Positions 1 to 11,544 of a stretch of DNA of 64,000 bases are shown here, one piece after another (the stretch's first letter is position 1; every line of letters starts with the position of its first letter). Location of the stretch: the NCBI RefSeq assembly GCF_006345805.1, contig NC_043017.1, positions 22,444,001 through 22,508,000 of the forward strand. Reading direction: 5' to 3'. Source of the DNA: Octopus sinensis (Eukaryota). A program made the translations under genes and the position numbers. The notes under the pieces were generated by a model, which had not been told where the DNA came from, did not search any database, and saw nothing but the letters and a program-made list of their open reading frames with translations.

Positions 1-219
1 TTGGGTGAAGCTACATAAAAACAGCAATGTGATATCAATAATATAAAACTGAATGCAAGAGGGGAAACAAAGTGCAATATTGTAATAATGGTATACTTAA
101 AAAAGCACTGAAGAAGATTCTTTCTTAAGAAAAATAGAATGTGGCCAACAAATATAATTATATAGCATACATACATATATATAGTCTCACCACTAAGATG
201 TTTGGAGAACTCATATGTG

Positions 220-310
220 TTTTAGCTGATGAGTACGGGACACTTGTATTTGCTGCAATATTTGTAGCTTTTAATAAAGCCTGTCTTTGTATGAGACAAT
301 TGTACTAAAA
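220..310 (+). ncRNA. Degenerate type I hammerhead ribozyme motif with long stem II
   Basis: TTTTAG-CTGATGA(226-232)-GTACGGGACA...TGTCTTTGTAT-GAGA(293-296, GAAA expected)-CAATTGT-A-CTAAAA; stem I TTTTAG/CTAAAA, palindromic stem III ACAATTGT. Confidence 0.6.
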
Positions 311-342
311 AACTAATCCATTCTTGTTGCTTTTTTCTCGGT

Positions 343-374
<32 letters not shown>

Positions 375-526
375 ATTAGGGTTCAGCAAAAATATTTGCT
401 TTACCACAGAACCCTAATTATATAAAGTAATGTTTAAATTTACCATAAATGGTCGTTTTACATACTGAACACTGCTTGGTAAAATTATTAATTACTAATT
501 AATTAATTTTATCCTTTATTATTATT

Positions 527-556
<30 letters not shown>

Positions 557-557
<1 letters not shown>

Positions 558-912
558 AGAGGTTTTAAATACATACTTATATGTCCGTACATCTTCAGTG
601 GTATATAATGATATATGTATGAATGGATGTATGCATAAAATGACCGACTGGATAAACTGTTTTGCTACCCGCATATAGGTCATGAGATCAGATCTGGTAT
701 TTTTCTAGTAATAATACTTAGGATTATGTTGCCGCACTTCACATAGTTATCAAGAATAAGTAAGAGATCATCTGGGGATGTTACTGCGATATCTCATCTG
801 CTTAATACCATGGAAACCTTCAGATTACAGAAACCTTTTGAAATCCCTTTGGGCTTGTAAAGCATTTTAGCATCTACTCTATACCCCCATAAATATATAC
901 ACACACACACAG

Positions 913-945
<33 letters not shown>

Positions 946-1053
946 CACACACCGACATAAATACATACATACATACATACATACATACAGAAACTCACAC
1001 ACATAAATATATATGTAACTATAAATGTTAGTGTGTGTATATGTATATAAATT

Positions 1054-1093
<40 letters not shown>

Positions 1094-1630
1094 TGTGCAT
1101 GCATATGTACATACATACAATCACACAGAGATATATATGTATACACACACATATATATATATATAATATATATATATATATATAAGAGGTTTTAAATACA
1201 TACTTATATGTCCGTACATCTTCAGTGGTATATAATGATATATGTATGAATGGATGTATGCATAAAATGACCGACTGGATAAACTGTTTTGCTACCCGCA
1301 TATAGGTCATGAGATCAGATCTGGTATTTTTCTAGTAATAATACTTAGGATTATGTTGCCGCACTTCACATAGTTATCAAGAATAAGTAAGAGATCATCT
1401 GGGGATGTTACTGCGATATCTCATCTGCTTAATACCATGGAAACCTTCAGATTACAGAAACCTTTTGAAATCCCTTTGGGCTTGTAAAGCATTTTAGCAT
1501 CTACTCTATACCCCCATAAATATATACACACACCGACATAAATACATACATACATACATACATACAGAAACTCACACACATAAATATATATGTAACTATA
1601 AATGTTAGTGTGTGTATATGTATATAAATT

Positions 1631-1670
<40 letters not shown>

Positions 1671-1733
1671 TGTGCATGCATATGTACATACATACAATCA
1701 CACAGAGATATATATGTATACACACACATATAT
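557..1733. repeat. Tandem duplication of a ~600 bp segment (period 627 bp)
   Basis: AAGAGGTTTTAAATAC starts at 557 and 1184; unique parts read identical, embedded microsatellites differ in length. Confidence 0.95.
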
Positions 1734-1941
1734 AAATATATACTCATACATATGTATTTATATTTTTACACATACATATGCACATAAATTATCAGTGAGC
1801 TAATACTTACTCTAACGAACTTGCATGAATCAAATGAGAGTAAACTGGAATAGAGTTTTTCTACAGCATTCAGTTGTCAAACCCACATGCTTCCAAATGA
1901 AGTAATAATCTTCCAGTCTATTGAGCAGCAAACAGCCTTAA

Positions 1942-2163
1942 CCCATTAGTGTTTGCATTATTCTACAAAAATTAATACTTTTTCATCCACTTTATTTTGA
2001 ACTAATCATGCATTAATCTTGTAGCTATGAGATTTTGATGAGGTAGCTGTTAATTTTTAAAACGATATTGTAGGGTTGGTGTGAGAGGTCAGACCTGGTC
2101 AGTTTGAACATAAAACAGGCAGAATACTTTTGGCCGGATATGGCCGGTTTAAATGCTAAAGGG
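1942..2163. mobile_element. TTAA-flanked MITE (piggyBac/Kolobok-like non-autonomous DNA element)
   Basis: TTAA|CCCATTAG ... CTAAAGGG|TTAA: short TIRs with TTAA on both sides. Confidence 0.65.
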
Positions 2164-2210
2164 TTAAGCTAGAAACTAATGGCACCTCATGATAAACCAT
2201 TTTTTTACAG

Positions 2211-2287
2211 AGATTGTACAAACTTCTAAGAAGCTTGGGTTTTCTTCTGCAGAAGACCTCATGCAAAGGACAGTCAAAAAATCATAG
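2211..2287 (+). CDS. Possible terminal coding exon, unidentified ((E)IVQTSKKLGFSSAEDLMQRTVKKS*)
   Basis: Acceptor ttttttacag| followed by 24 open codons and TAG in non-repeat sequence; no homology recognised and a second frame is also open. Confidence 0.25.
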
Positions 2288-2340
2288 CTTGTAAACAAGA
2301 AAACTTTAGAGGAACATTGGTGCTCCACCGGTTATGACAA

Positions 2341-2499
2341 GTCTTCTTTCAGTTTCCATCTACCAAATCCACTCACAAGCCTTTGGTTGGCCCAAGGCTA
2401 TAGTAGAAGACTCTTGCCCAAGGTGCCAGGCAGTGGGACTGAATCCGGAACCATGCGGTTCATAAGCAAGCTACTTAGCACACAGCCACTCCTACGCCT
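2341..2499 (-). mobile_element. tRNA-derived SINE family A, 5' half
   Basis: Reverse complement of the head AGGCGTAGGAGTGGCTGTGTG...TTCAGTCCCACTG shared with the full copies in this window. Confidence 0.85.
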
Positions 2500-2727
2500 A
2501 TTCTACGTTCATCTTTTATTTTATTTTATGATATATAATGTGAGGTGATGATAGTCTCTTATAGTCAAAGAAAGGAAGTTGTGCAATTTCTTACTGAACC
2601 ACCGGAAATAAATCATCCGTTTGTAGTGATCAAATGTTAGTGTTGATCATCAGTTCACTCTCTCCATCAAACTGACATAGCCTGAACAGGTTCATGGTGT
2701 ACCACGTGTCAGGTGTTGAAGGGATCA

Positions 2728-2950
2728 GGCGGTGAGCTGGCAGAAATGTTAACATGCTGGGCGAAATGCTTAGCGATATTTTGTCTGCCACTATGTTCTG
2801 AGTTCAAATTCCGGTGAGGTCGACTTTGCCTTTCATCCTTTCGGGGTCGATAAATTAAGGACCAGTTACGCACTGGGGTCGATGTAATCGACTTAATCCC
2901 TTTGGCTGTCCTTTGTCTGTGTTAGCCCCTTGTGGGTAGTAAAGAAGCAG
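2728..2950 (+). mobile_element. tRNA-derived SINE family B (Meta/Nin-like core)
   Basis: GGCGGTGAGCTGGCAGAA head, GTTCAAATTCC B-box, core GCCTTTCATCCTTTCGGGGTCGATAAATTAAG. Confidence 0.85.
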
Positions 2951-3224
2951 GTGTTCAAGGGATCGTAGAACAATGTCAGATGAAGTGTTTTGCTCAAGAA
3001 CAGAATGCCCTATCTAGTCCAGGAATGTGTGGTTGTGCATGTGTGTGTGTATGTGTGTGTAAGTTCACATGCAGAATAGGAGGGAAAGAAGGAGAGAGAT
3101 AGACAGACATGTAGTGAGAAAGAGAGAGAGAGATGATGATGAAAATGTAGAGAAAGCTATGGTTAAAAAAAGGTAACGAAAGCTAAATGAATATAGAGAA
3201 GCCAAGTAAAAGGGAGAAAGTAAA

Positions 3225-3267
<43 letters not shown>

Positions 3268-3300
3268 AGTAAAGAGTAGGAAAATAGTCACTGAGGAGTT

Positions 3301-3523
3301 ATTTATTTCTTTATTTCTTTATTTCTTTTAAGGGGCTAAACACAGAGAGGACAGACAAACAGATTAAGTGGATTACATCGACCCCAGTGCGTAACTGGTA
3401 CTTAATTTATCGACCCCGAAAGGATGAAAGGCAAAGTCGACCTCGGCGGAATTTGAACTCAGAACGTAACAGCAGACGAAATACGGCTATGCATTTCGCC
3501 CGGCGTGCTAACGTTTCTGCCAG
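3301..3523 (-). mobile_element. SINE family B
   Basis: Reverse complement of the same head and core. Confidence 0.85.
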
Positions 3524-3837
3524 GTTGAGGAGTTATTGAGAGATTTATCGGGATGTTACATGAAGAGAGGCAAACGAAGGGAGAGAAGGAGCAACAAGTA
3601 GATAGAGACGGATAGCTGGATGGTGAGAGAAACAAAGATGAAGAGAAATGTTGGAAGTAAGGGGAGGGGCGGGGGGGTTATCAAAAAAATAAAGTGAATG
3701 AAGAATAAAAAGGAGAGAACAAGGCAGAATAAGAGGAAAACCAGAAGCAGAAAGAATCAGATGTCAGTGATACAAACAGATAAGAGGACCAGGTCCTTAG
3801 ATAACTTTTATTAATCTAGTTATAAAGAGTTGTTGTT

Positions 3838-3972
3838 GTTATTATTATTATTATTATTATTATTAGTTATAAACCCAGTTTCAGTAAACAACTGATTGAC
3901 ATTCACCATTCTGACAGCTTATTTATCCCAATCAAAAATTGTTCCTTTTTTTTTATTATAATTATTATCACA

Positions 3973-4003
<31 letters not shown>

Positions 4004-4053
4004 TTTTCATTTTTATTATTATTATTTTTATCATTATTATTATTATTATTATG

Positions 4054-4085
<32 letters not shown>

Positions 4086-4095
4086 CATTATTAAT
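3838..4095. repeat. (ATT)n trinucleotide microsatellite, imperfect
   Basis: Directly visible; explains the poly-Ile ORF. Confidence 0.95.
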
Positions 4096-4741
4096 GCTTT
4101 ATTATGTTGGCTATTTCTTTTATTTTTATTGTTTGCTTTTTTTTTGCTTTGTTTTTATTGGGCGAGTCAGTGGGGTAGAGGCTGCTTTTCATTTCAAGGA
4201 TAACCAGGCTCCACATACAGCAACATCACATTGACGTCTCAATTTTTTTTTTCCCTCCCCTTTGTAACATAGAAACCTACTAACTAATTATCTTATTCTG
4301 TCATCTAATCAAGCATGGGAGTCCCAAACAATACTGTTTTTACAAATCATTGGAGAAAGCAACAAAAAGAAATAATCTAGAAAAAGAAACAAAAAAAAAC
4401 TATTGGTTGGTTGGTTGGCTGGTAGATCATTTGATGGTCCGGTTGATTGGTGGAAAATTCAGCCTGTTTGAATTTATCCTCTGATGATGATGATATGATA
4501 GCTTCATATCAAAAGGTATCTTTGGAAAGATATCACATACGTTGGTACAGCTGTTTTAGAAGTTCACTTTGCATCCAGATGGTCTCAGGTTCAGTACCAT
4601 TGTGTGGCAGCACTTTAGGGCAAGTGTCTTTTACTACAGCCCCATGCTGACCAATGCCTTGCGAGTAATTTCAGTAGATGAAACTGTGTTGAAGCTCATC
4701 ATGTGTGTGTGTGTGTGTTATTTGCCTCTCCCACTCTCTCT

Positions 4742-4944
4742 TTACTCTTTTACTTGTTTCAGTCACTTGACTGCAGCCATGCTGGAGCACCGCCTTTAAT
4801 CGAGCAACTCGACCCCGGGACTTATTTCTTTGTAAGCCCAGTACTTATTCTATCAGTTTCTTTTGCTGAACTGCTAAGTGACAGGGACATAAACACACCA
4901 GCATCGGTTGTCAAGCAATGCTAGGGGGACAAACACAGACACAA

Positions 4945-4993
<49 letters not shown>

Positions 4994-5035
4994 GTTTATT
5001 GTCTTCTAAATGTTTTATGTTCTTGTCCCAGTTTG

Positions 5036-5089
<54 letters not shown>

Positions 5090-5125
5090 TATGACGGGCT
5101 TCTTTCAGTTTCCATCTACCAAATC
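4742..5125 (-). mobile_element. SINE family A interrupted in its central (TA)n by a PLE-tail-like fragment
   Basis: 3' half 4742-4950 and 5' piece 5090-5125 flank (TA)n plus TGTTCTTGTCCCAGTTTGTA, a motif also found at 24563. Confidence 0.75.
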
Positions 5126-5992
5126 CATACATTTACTTGTAAGCGAACAGTATGCAGTAAGAGTGGAAATATGTGGCATCACTGGTTCATTACCACATGT
5201 AACTTTTCCTTATTGTAAAATGCTAAAGTGCAATTTCTGTGAGATTTGGCTGTTATATTTAGCAAGTTGTGCAACCATGTGGCAGTACTTTCATTGTAAC
5301 AAGTTAAGCAACCATATTGAGGCTGTGTCATCAGTTGTTGTAATTGAAAAGAGATTTAGCTGCTATTTCTAAAAAAACAAACAAGCTCATAGAGGCCTTG
5401 TGATCTATGGGAAATTTGGTTGCTATTTCTAGCTAACTGAATAACCACTTGCTGGTTTTTTCAATAGCTCTTTTTGATTCAAAAGAGATTTGGCTGCAGT
5501 TTCTATGATGTTTGCTATGGGTGCAATTTCTATGATGCAACTGAAAAACAATTTAACTGCTATGTCTAGTAGGTTCAGTGATTACATAGAAGCTACCCTC
5601 CTTGGGCTGCAAGGAAAACAGTAATTTGTCATAGTGACTGGTAACAGTGATAGCATATTTAATGGTTGGTTCCTAGGGAGACAAACAGTTAGCAAAGATG
5701 ATAGCATTGGAGATTGTAGAAGTCTGTGGTGTTTCGAGGGAAGTAAAGCAACTAATAAATTCCAGTCATGAAACGAGTTGGCAAAAACAGTTCCATAGCA
5801 AGGTTGGTGGTTGGGGTTGAAAAAGGAAAGAAAAAAAAAAGGGTGAGAAGGTAATATATTGTGGGTTTGTCAGATATAAGAGCAATAGCGGTGATGGAAA
5901 AATCAGTACATAACAATAAGACACGGTGTTGACGAGGGAATTCAGATATGTCAGGTACACACGATTGGCTGGTGCTTGTTGTGATGTTGTTG

Positions 5993-6024
<32 letters not shown>

Positions 6025-6214
6025 GATGATGGTGTGAGTTGTATTTCTTATAAAGAGAATTCAACAATAATATTTATCAGGGCACAATTACCGGAGTCCC
6101 TAGACTTCTTGTAGATGATTTTAATGTAATTGTTGTGTATGGTCACGTAAGGGTGGATGTCGGTTCTTAGGTCTCAGCGCATTTCTTTCATCTTGTGTGA
6201 ATTGTGTGTATGTA

Positions 6215-6595
6215 TGTGTTCATGTGAACGTCTGTGAGAGTGTGTGTGAACGTGTGTGTGTATGAACGTGTGTGTGTGTGAACGTGTGAACGTGTGTGTG
6301 TGTGAAAGTGTGTGTGTGTGAACGTCTGTGAGAGAGTGTGTGAACGTGTGTGTGTGTGAACGTGTGTGTGTGTGAACGTGCGTGTGTGCGTGAATGTGTG
6401 TGTGTGTGCGTGAACGTGTGTGTGTGTGTGTGAACGTGAGTGTGTGTGAACGTGTGTGTTTGTGAACGTGTGTGTGTGTGTGAACGTATGTGTGTGTGTG
6501 TGTGAACGTGTGTGTGTGTGAACGTGTGTGTGTGTGTGTGTGAACGTATGTGTGTGTGAACGTGTGTGTGTGTGAACGTGTGTGTGTGTGTACTT
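6215..6595. repeat. Compound (GT)n-GAAC microsatellite/minisatellite
   Basis: Repeated GTGTGTGAAC units. Confidence 0.95.
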
Positions 6596-6885
6596 GCATG
6601 TAGATATCAACACATTGTTTTATTCTTTTTTCCCCTTTATTTATCAAATGCATAACATGTGTGTACGTGCATATGTATTTGTGTAGGTAGGTGTTTGTGC
6701 AGGTGTATACGTTGTGTTGATATGATGATCACATATATCTGTATATACATATTTGTGTATATAGTGCACGTGTGTATCTGTGTGTGCATACATGAGCACT
6801 TATGCAGTTGTGTGTGTGTGTTGGGGGGTGTCTCGTGTGTTAATACTTATGCAAAGCACACATATTAAGAGAGATACCTAACTGT

Positions 6886-7308
6886 ATGTGTGTGTGCATG
6901 AGTGGAGGATGTGAATGTGAGGGTGTATGTGTGTGCATGAGTGGAGGATGTGAATGTGAGTGTGTATGTGTGTGCATGAGTGGAGGATGTGAATGTGAGT
7001 GTGTATGTGTGTGCATGAGTGGAGGATGTAAATGTGAGTGTGCATGTGTGTGCATGAGTGGAGGATGTGAATGTGAGTGTGTATGTGTGTGCATGAGTGG
7101 AGGATATGAATGTGAGTGTGTATGTGTGTGCATGAGTGGAGGATGTGAATGTGAGTGTGTATGTGTGTGCATGAGTAGAGGATGTGAATGTGTGTGTGCA
7201 TGAGTGGAGGATGTGAATGTGAGTGTGTATGTGAGTGCATGAGTGGAGGATGTGAATGTGAGTGTGTATGTGTGTGCATGAGTGGAGGATGTGAATGTGA
7301 GTGTGTGT
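6886..7308. repeat. 39-bp minisatellite, about 11 copies
   Basis: Unit GTGTGTATGTGTGTGCATGAGTGGAGGATGTGAATGTGA; period 39 confirmed by the 13-aa periodic ORF translations. Confidence 0.95.
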
Positions 7309-7361
7309 ACAGAAGAGTGTGTGTTGTTCTTGTTGAGATGATGTAAGTTCTTGCTGCCTAG

Positions 7362-7564
7362 ATTTGCACATGTGGTTTACTGAAGATCTTTGCCACTTAG
7401 ACTAGATCACTCAACAGATCAGAAATTTTGAATAAGATCTTTTCCAAGGAACAGTCTAAATATCATGCTCTCCTAGACTGTTCCTTGGAAAAGATCTTAT
7501 TCAAATTTCTGATCTGTCGAGTGATCTAATCAAAGTGGCAAAGATCTTCAGTAAACCACATATG

Positions 7565-7569
<5 letters not shown>
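7362..7569. repeat. Fold-back inverted repeat, ~97 bp arms, 15 nt loop
   Basis: 7362-7458 is the reverse complement of 7474-7569 with few mismatches; abuts (TA)n. Confidence 0.95.
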
Positions 7570-7608
<39 letters not shown>

Positions 7609-7631
7609 TATACATATATATACATACATAG

Positions 7632-7670
<39 letters not shown>

Positions 7671-7872
7671 CATACACATATATATATACATACATACATT
7701 ATATATATATACACACACACACATACGTACATATATATATATATATATTTATACATACATATTATACCATTTTATATTATATACACACATACACATGTAT
7801 ACAGATATATATCTGTATATTTACTTATATATATATCAATATATTTATATATACATATTTACATGTATTTGT

Positions 7873-7920
<48 letters not shown>

Positions 7921-9442
7921 TATGTGCTAAATTTTATTTTCCATCTTGTTATACAGTTTCCATATTGTATTCATCCAGCTCACCTTTATTAACAAACTGT
8001 GTTTTTTGCTTTTATTTTCGTTTAGTATATTTTTGTTATGCAACATGTTCTCTGTTTGTTTATTTTTTGTTTTTGTTTTTTGTATTTTTCGAAAGCCCAG
8101 GTTATGTTGAATAATTAGTTAGAGCCTCTGATCTGCTTGGTTATTATTCTCTTACCCTTTTTTTAATATTTTTTTTTATTTTTTTCATTTCATTCTTGTC
8201 TCATGTAGCAAGACCAAAGCCAGTTATTTCTGCAAGAACTGCAAACTCTAAGAATATATATAAAAATAAAACCGAACCCCCCCCATCAAAAAAAAAAAAC
8301 GATAAAGAAAGCAAGTAAAGAAAGAAAGTAAAGAAAAGAGATAGCAAGAAAAGAGAGAGAGAAATGAAGAAGAAGAAGAATCCTTTGCCACGGTATCTGA
8401 AGCACTTGTGACCAAGATAGTGTAACATATTTATAAGGCTGACTTTGATGTTATGGTCAGTGAGTGACATAGCACATCGGGTCTCACAAGCAATACTTTG
8501 CACCACACTGCTTACTTGCTTTTATCATCTAAACAAGCTGGGAGATGAAGTCAAACACAACTTATTGTATTAGTCTCAGTGTACTTAACTGCTACAGTTT
8601 TGTAGAAACCTATTATCATTGCTTGCTGTTCGTGTTAGCTTAAGTATATACAGTGTCATATGTGAGTGTGAATGCGTGTGAGTACTTCTCACAATGTGTG
8701 TGTGTGTGTATGCACGTACACTTGCTGCAAGCAAGATATGTTTGAATAATTGAATACAAAATGATTCTTCTAGACTCAGTCTTCATGTTGTTGTTGCTAG
8801 GTATAAATTGGGGGTGGTGGTGGGGGGGCTGTTGTGTGTTGTTGTTGTTGTTGTTTTGCTTCTTCTTTTCCTTCTAACATATGTTTGCTTTGTGTGACAA
8901 AACAAAAAAAAACCCTCAGTCAGAAGCGACAGTAAAATGAAACCAATCATTCACTGACCATGACAACAACATTGTTTTTATTTGGAGAGTTAGCTGAAGC
9001 ATTTAGATTACAACACCACCATTCCCACCATGACCACCACCACCTCCAGTACTACTTCATTTTCTCTATCTTCATCACTCTTTCCTCTCTTATCCTTCCT
9101 TTTAGTTCTTTTGCTCTTCATCTATTTATCTTTCTCTCCTTTTTTCATATACAATAGTTTCTCTCATATATGTGGACACATACACACACCAAACACATAC
9201 ATACATACACACAAGCACCTGTCTCCCATCACTGCTTAATAACTGGTGCTGGTGTGTTTATAACCTTGTCACTTAGCAGTTTGGCAAAAGAAAACTGATG
9301 GAATAAGTACCAAGCTTTTAAAAAATAAGTACAGGGGTCAATTAAGTCGACTAAAAAATTCTCCATGATGGGGCCCCAGTCTAATGACTGAAACAAGTAA
9401 AAGATAAAAGATGTATATATACATACATCTTTATATATCACT

Positions 9443-9747
9443 GTGATCACCATGACCGACCAGGCTATCAGATGTTGCTACACATCGCTGGTCACAATGC
9501 GCTTCACATTGTTTTAGCCTTCAAATGACGCCACCCCGCTGGCTAGGCGAGCAGGCCAACAGAAGAAAGAGTGAGAGAAAGTTGTGGCGAAAGAGTACAG
9601 CAGGGATCGCCACCACCCCCTGCAGGAGCCTCGTGGAGCTTTAGGTGTTTTCACTCAATAAACACTCACAACGCCCGGTCTGGGAATCGAAACCATAATC
9701 CTACGACCGCGAGTCCACTGCCCTAACCACTGGGCCATTGTGCCTCC

Positions 9748-9748
<1 letters not shown>
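9443..9748 (-). mobile_element. tRNA-derived SINE family D
   Basis: Reverse complement has a tRNA-like head GGAGGCACAATGGCCCAGTGGTTAGGGC...GGTTTCGATTCCC; degenerate copies near 18170 and 31945. Confidence 0.8.
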
Positions 9749-9824
<76 letters not shown>

Positions 9825-9832
9825 GTATATAT

Positions 9833-9941
<109 letters not shown>

Positions 9942-10037
9942 CCGGAGTAAACACATAAATGTGAAACAAGGTGGAAAAAAGAGTACTCAAATACCAGGGG
10001 TAGAGTAATATGCTTTATTTAAAAGCAGCAGAAATTC

Positions 10038-10089
10038 AATAAAACCTGTTACTCGGAGTTTCACATTCCGTTCGTCAGACAGTTTTGTT
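10038..10089 (-). ncRNA. Type I hammerhead ribozyme (minimal, PLE-type)
   Basis: Reverse complement reads AACAAAACTGT-CTGACGA-ACG GAA TGT-GAAA-CTCCGAGT-A-ACAGGTTTTATT. Confidence 0.8.
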
Positions 10090-10211
10090 AAAATTTAACC
10101 GATATGACAATTCTATCAAGACTAGTATAAATGGACCAATCAAACAAGTCCATTTTTAAAGGTGTAACGTTTATACTAGTCTTGATAGAATTGTCATATC
10201 GGTCCAATTTT

Positions 10212-10264
10212 AACAAAACTGTCTGACGAACGGGAACGTGAAACTCCGAGTAACAGGTTTTGTT
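10212..10264 (+). ncRNA. Type I hammerhead ribozyme (minimal, PLE-type)
   Basis: Stem I AACAAAACTGT/ACAG-G-TTTTGTT; CTGACGA 10223-10229; stem II ACG-GGAA-CGT; GAAA 10240-10243; stem III ACTC-C-GAGT; predicted cleavage after GUA at 10252. Confidence 0.85.
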
Positions 10265-10363
10265 GAATTTCTGCAGCTTTTAAATAAAAAAAATATATAT
10301 ATATACATGTATGAGTGGACAAATGAAAGAAGGGCACTCAACTAATTTATTGGGAATTACATG

Positions 10364-10525
10364 TATGGATCAAAACAGTTTGATTCAAATTTGTTGGTAC
10401 TCTTGAGTTTCAAGAGTGATGCTAATCATCAAGGCCATTTTCAATTTGAACTTCTGTCCTTCAAATTCAAAATGGTTGAAACTCAAGAGTACCAACAAAT
10501 TTGAATCAAACTGTTTTGATCCATA
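10364..10525. repeat. Fold-back inverted repeat, ~50 bp arms, with the 3' half of a hammerhead-like motif
   Basis: Arms 10364-10414 / 10475-10525; contains GAAACTCAAGAGTA but no CTGANGA. Confidence 0.85.
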
Positions 10526-11149
10526 TACACATATATATATCTGAAAAAATGAGTAGCAATGGCTTTTGGGAGGATAATTTTTATTTTAATGATAATTTTT
10601 ACAGTTATTCTAATAAGTTTCGGGCATTTTGATGGACGTTTTCAAACTGAAATTCTAAACACTTTTTTCTTACAAGTATAGAATTAAAAAATGAAAAATA
10701 GAAAATAAATGATAGAAAAAATTAAAAATAAAGAGCATAAAAACTAATTTTAAAAATATTTTAAAATAATAAAAGAATGCAAAAAGTAAATATAACAGCA
10801 TGTGTGAAAAAAAGATGAAAGAAGAAAAGAAAAAAAAGGAAAAAGAAAAAGTAGAAGGTAAGTAAACAAAAAGTAGTTGAAAATGGCAGTGAGAAGAGAT
10901 TAGTCTATCAGGAATAAAGAAATGGAATATTTTTAGGAGTGGTCAAATATGTTGTTGAGTTCTTGTCAAAAGATGACCTTTGTGAATCTTTTAATCCGAG
11001 GTCATTTTATTCAGTTTTCACATTTTATTCATTTTTTCACATATGCAACACTTGTTATGGACTCCTTAGAGGTCAAACTTTATTCCCAAACTAACGGAAC
11101 CATTTAATGAATTATTCTCCATTTATATTAAAAAACAATTGGAAATGAT

Positions 11150-11538
11150 AGGAGTGGCTGTGTGGTAAGTAGCTTGCTTACCAACCACATGGTTCCGGGT
11201 TCAGTCCCACTGCATGGCACCTTGGGTAAGTGTCTTCTACTATAGCCTCAGGCCGACCAAAGCCTTGTGAGTGGATTTGGTAGACGGAAACTGAAAGAAG
11301 CCTGTCGTATATATGTATATATATGTATGTGTGTGTTTGTGTGTCTGTGTTTGTCCCCCTAGCATTGCTTGACAACCGATGCTGGTGTGTTTACATCCCC
11401 ATTACTTAGCAGTTCGGCAAAAGAGACCGATAGAATAAGTACTGGGCTTACAAAGAATAAGTCCTGGGGTCGATTTGCTCGACTAAAGGCGGTGCTCCAG
11501 CATGGCCACAGTCAAATGACTGAAACAAGTAAAAGAGT
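11150..11538 (+). mobile_element. SINE family A, full length
   Basis: tRNA-like head, central (TA)/(TG) tract, 3' ...GGTGCTCCAGCATGGCCACAGTCAAATGACTGAAACAAGTAAAAGAG. Confidence 0.9.
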
Positions 11539-11544
11539 AATTGC

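Larger units (their letters stand above)
10014..10288. mobile_element. PLE-derived fold-back element, ~118 bp arms, 38 nt loop, hammerhead motif in each arm
   Basis: 10014-10131 is the reverse complement of 10170-10288; AATAAAGC and an unpaired tail follow the minus-strand ribozyme; flanked by (TA)n. Confidence 0.85.

Noticed and set aside
5880-6190. Exon-like segments on both strands (plus GTITGVPRLLVDDFNVIVVYGH; minus LRTDIHPYVTIHNNYIKIIYKKSRDS)
   Set aside because: Mutually exclusive readings with comparable splice signals and no recognisable homology; cannot choose.
8201-8545. ORF MVQSIACETRCAMSL...RYRGKG and nearby micro-exon candidates
   Set aside because: No real start, runs into low-complexity sequence, no family recognised.
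11178-11375. Recurrent [13 protein letters not shown]... and MLGGQTQTH... ORFs (also 13385, 21928, 26688, 40325, 54133)
   Set aside because: They are incidental frames within SINE family A copies.
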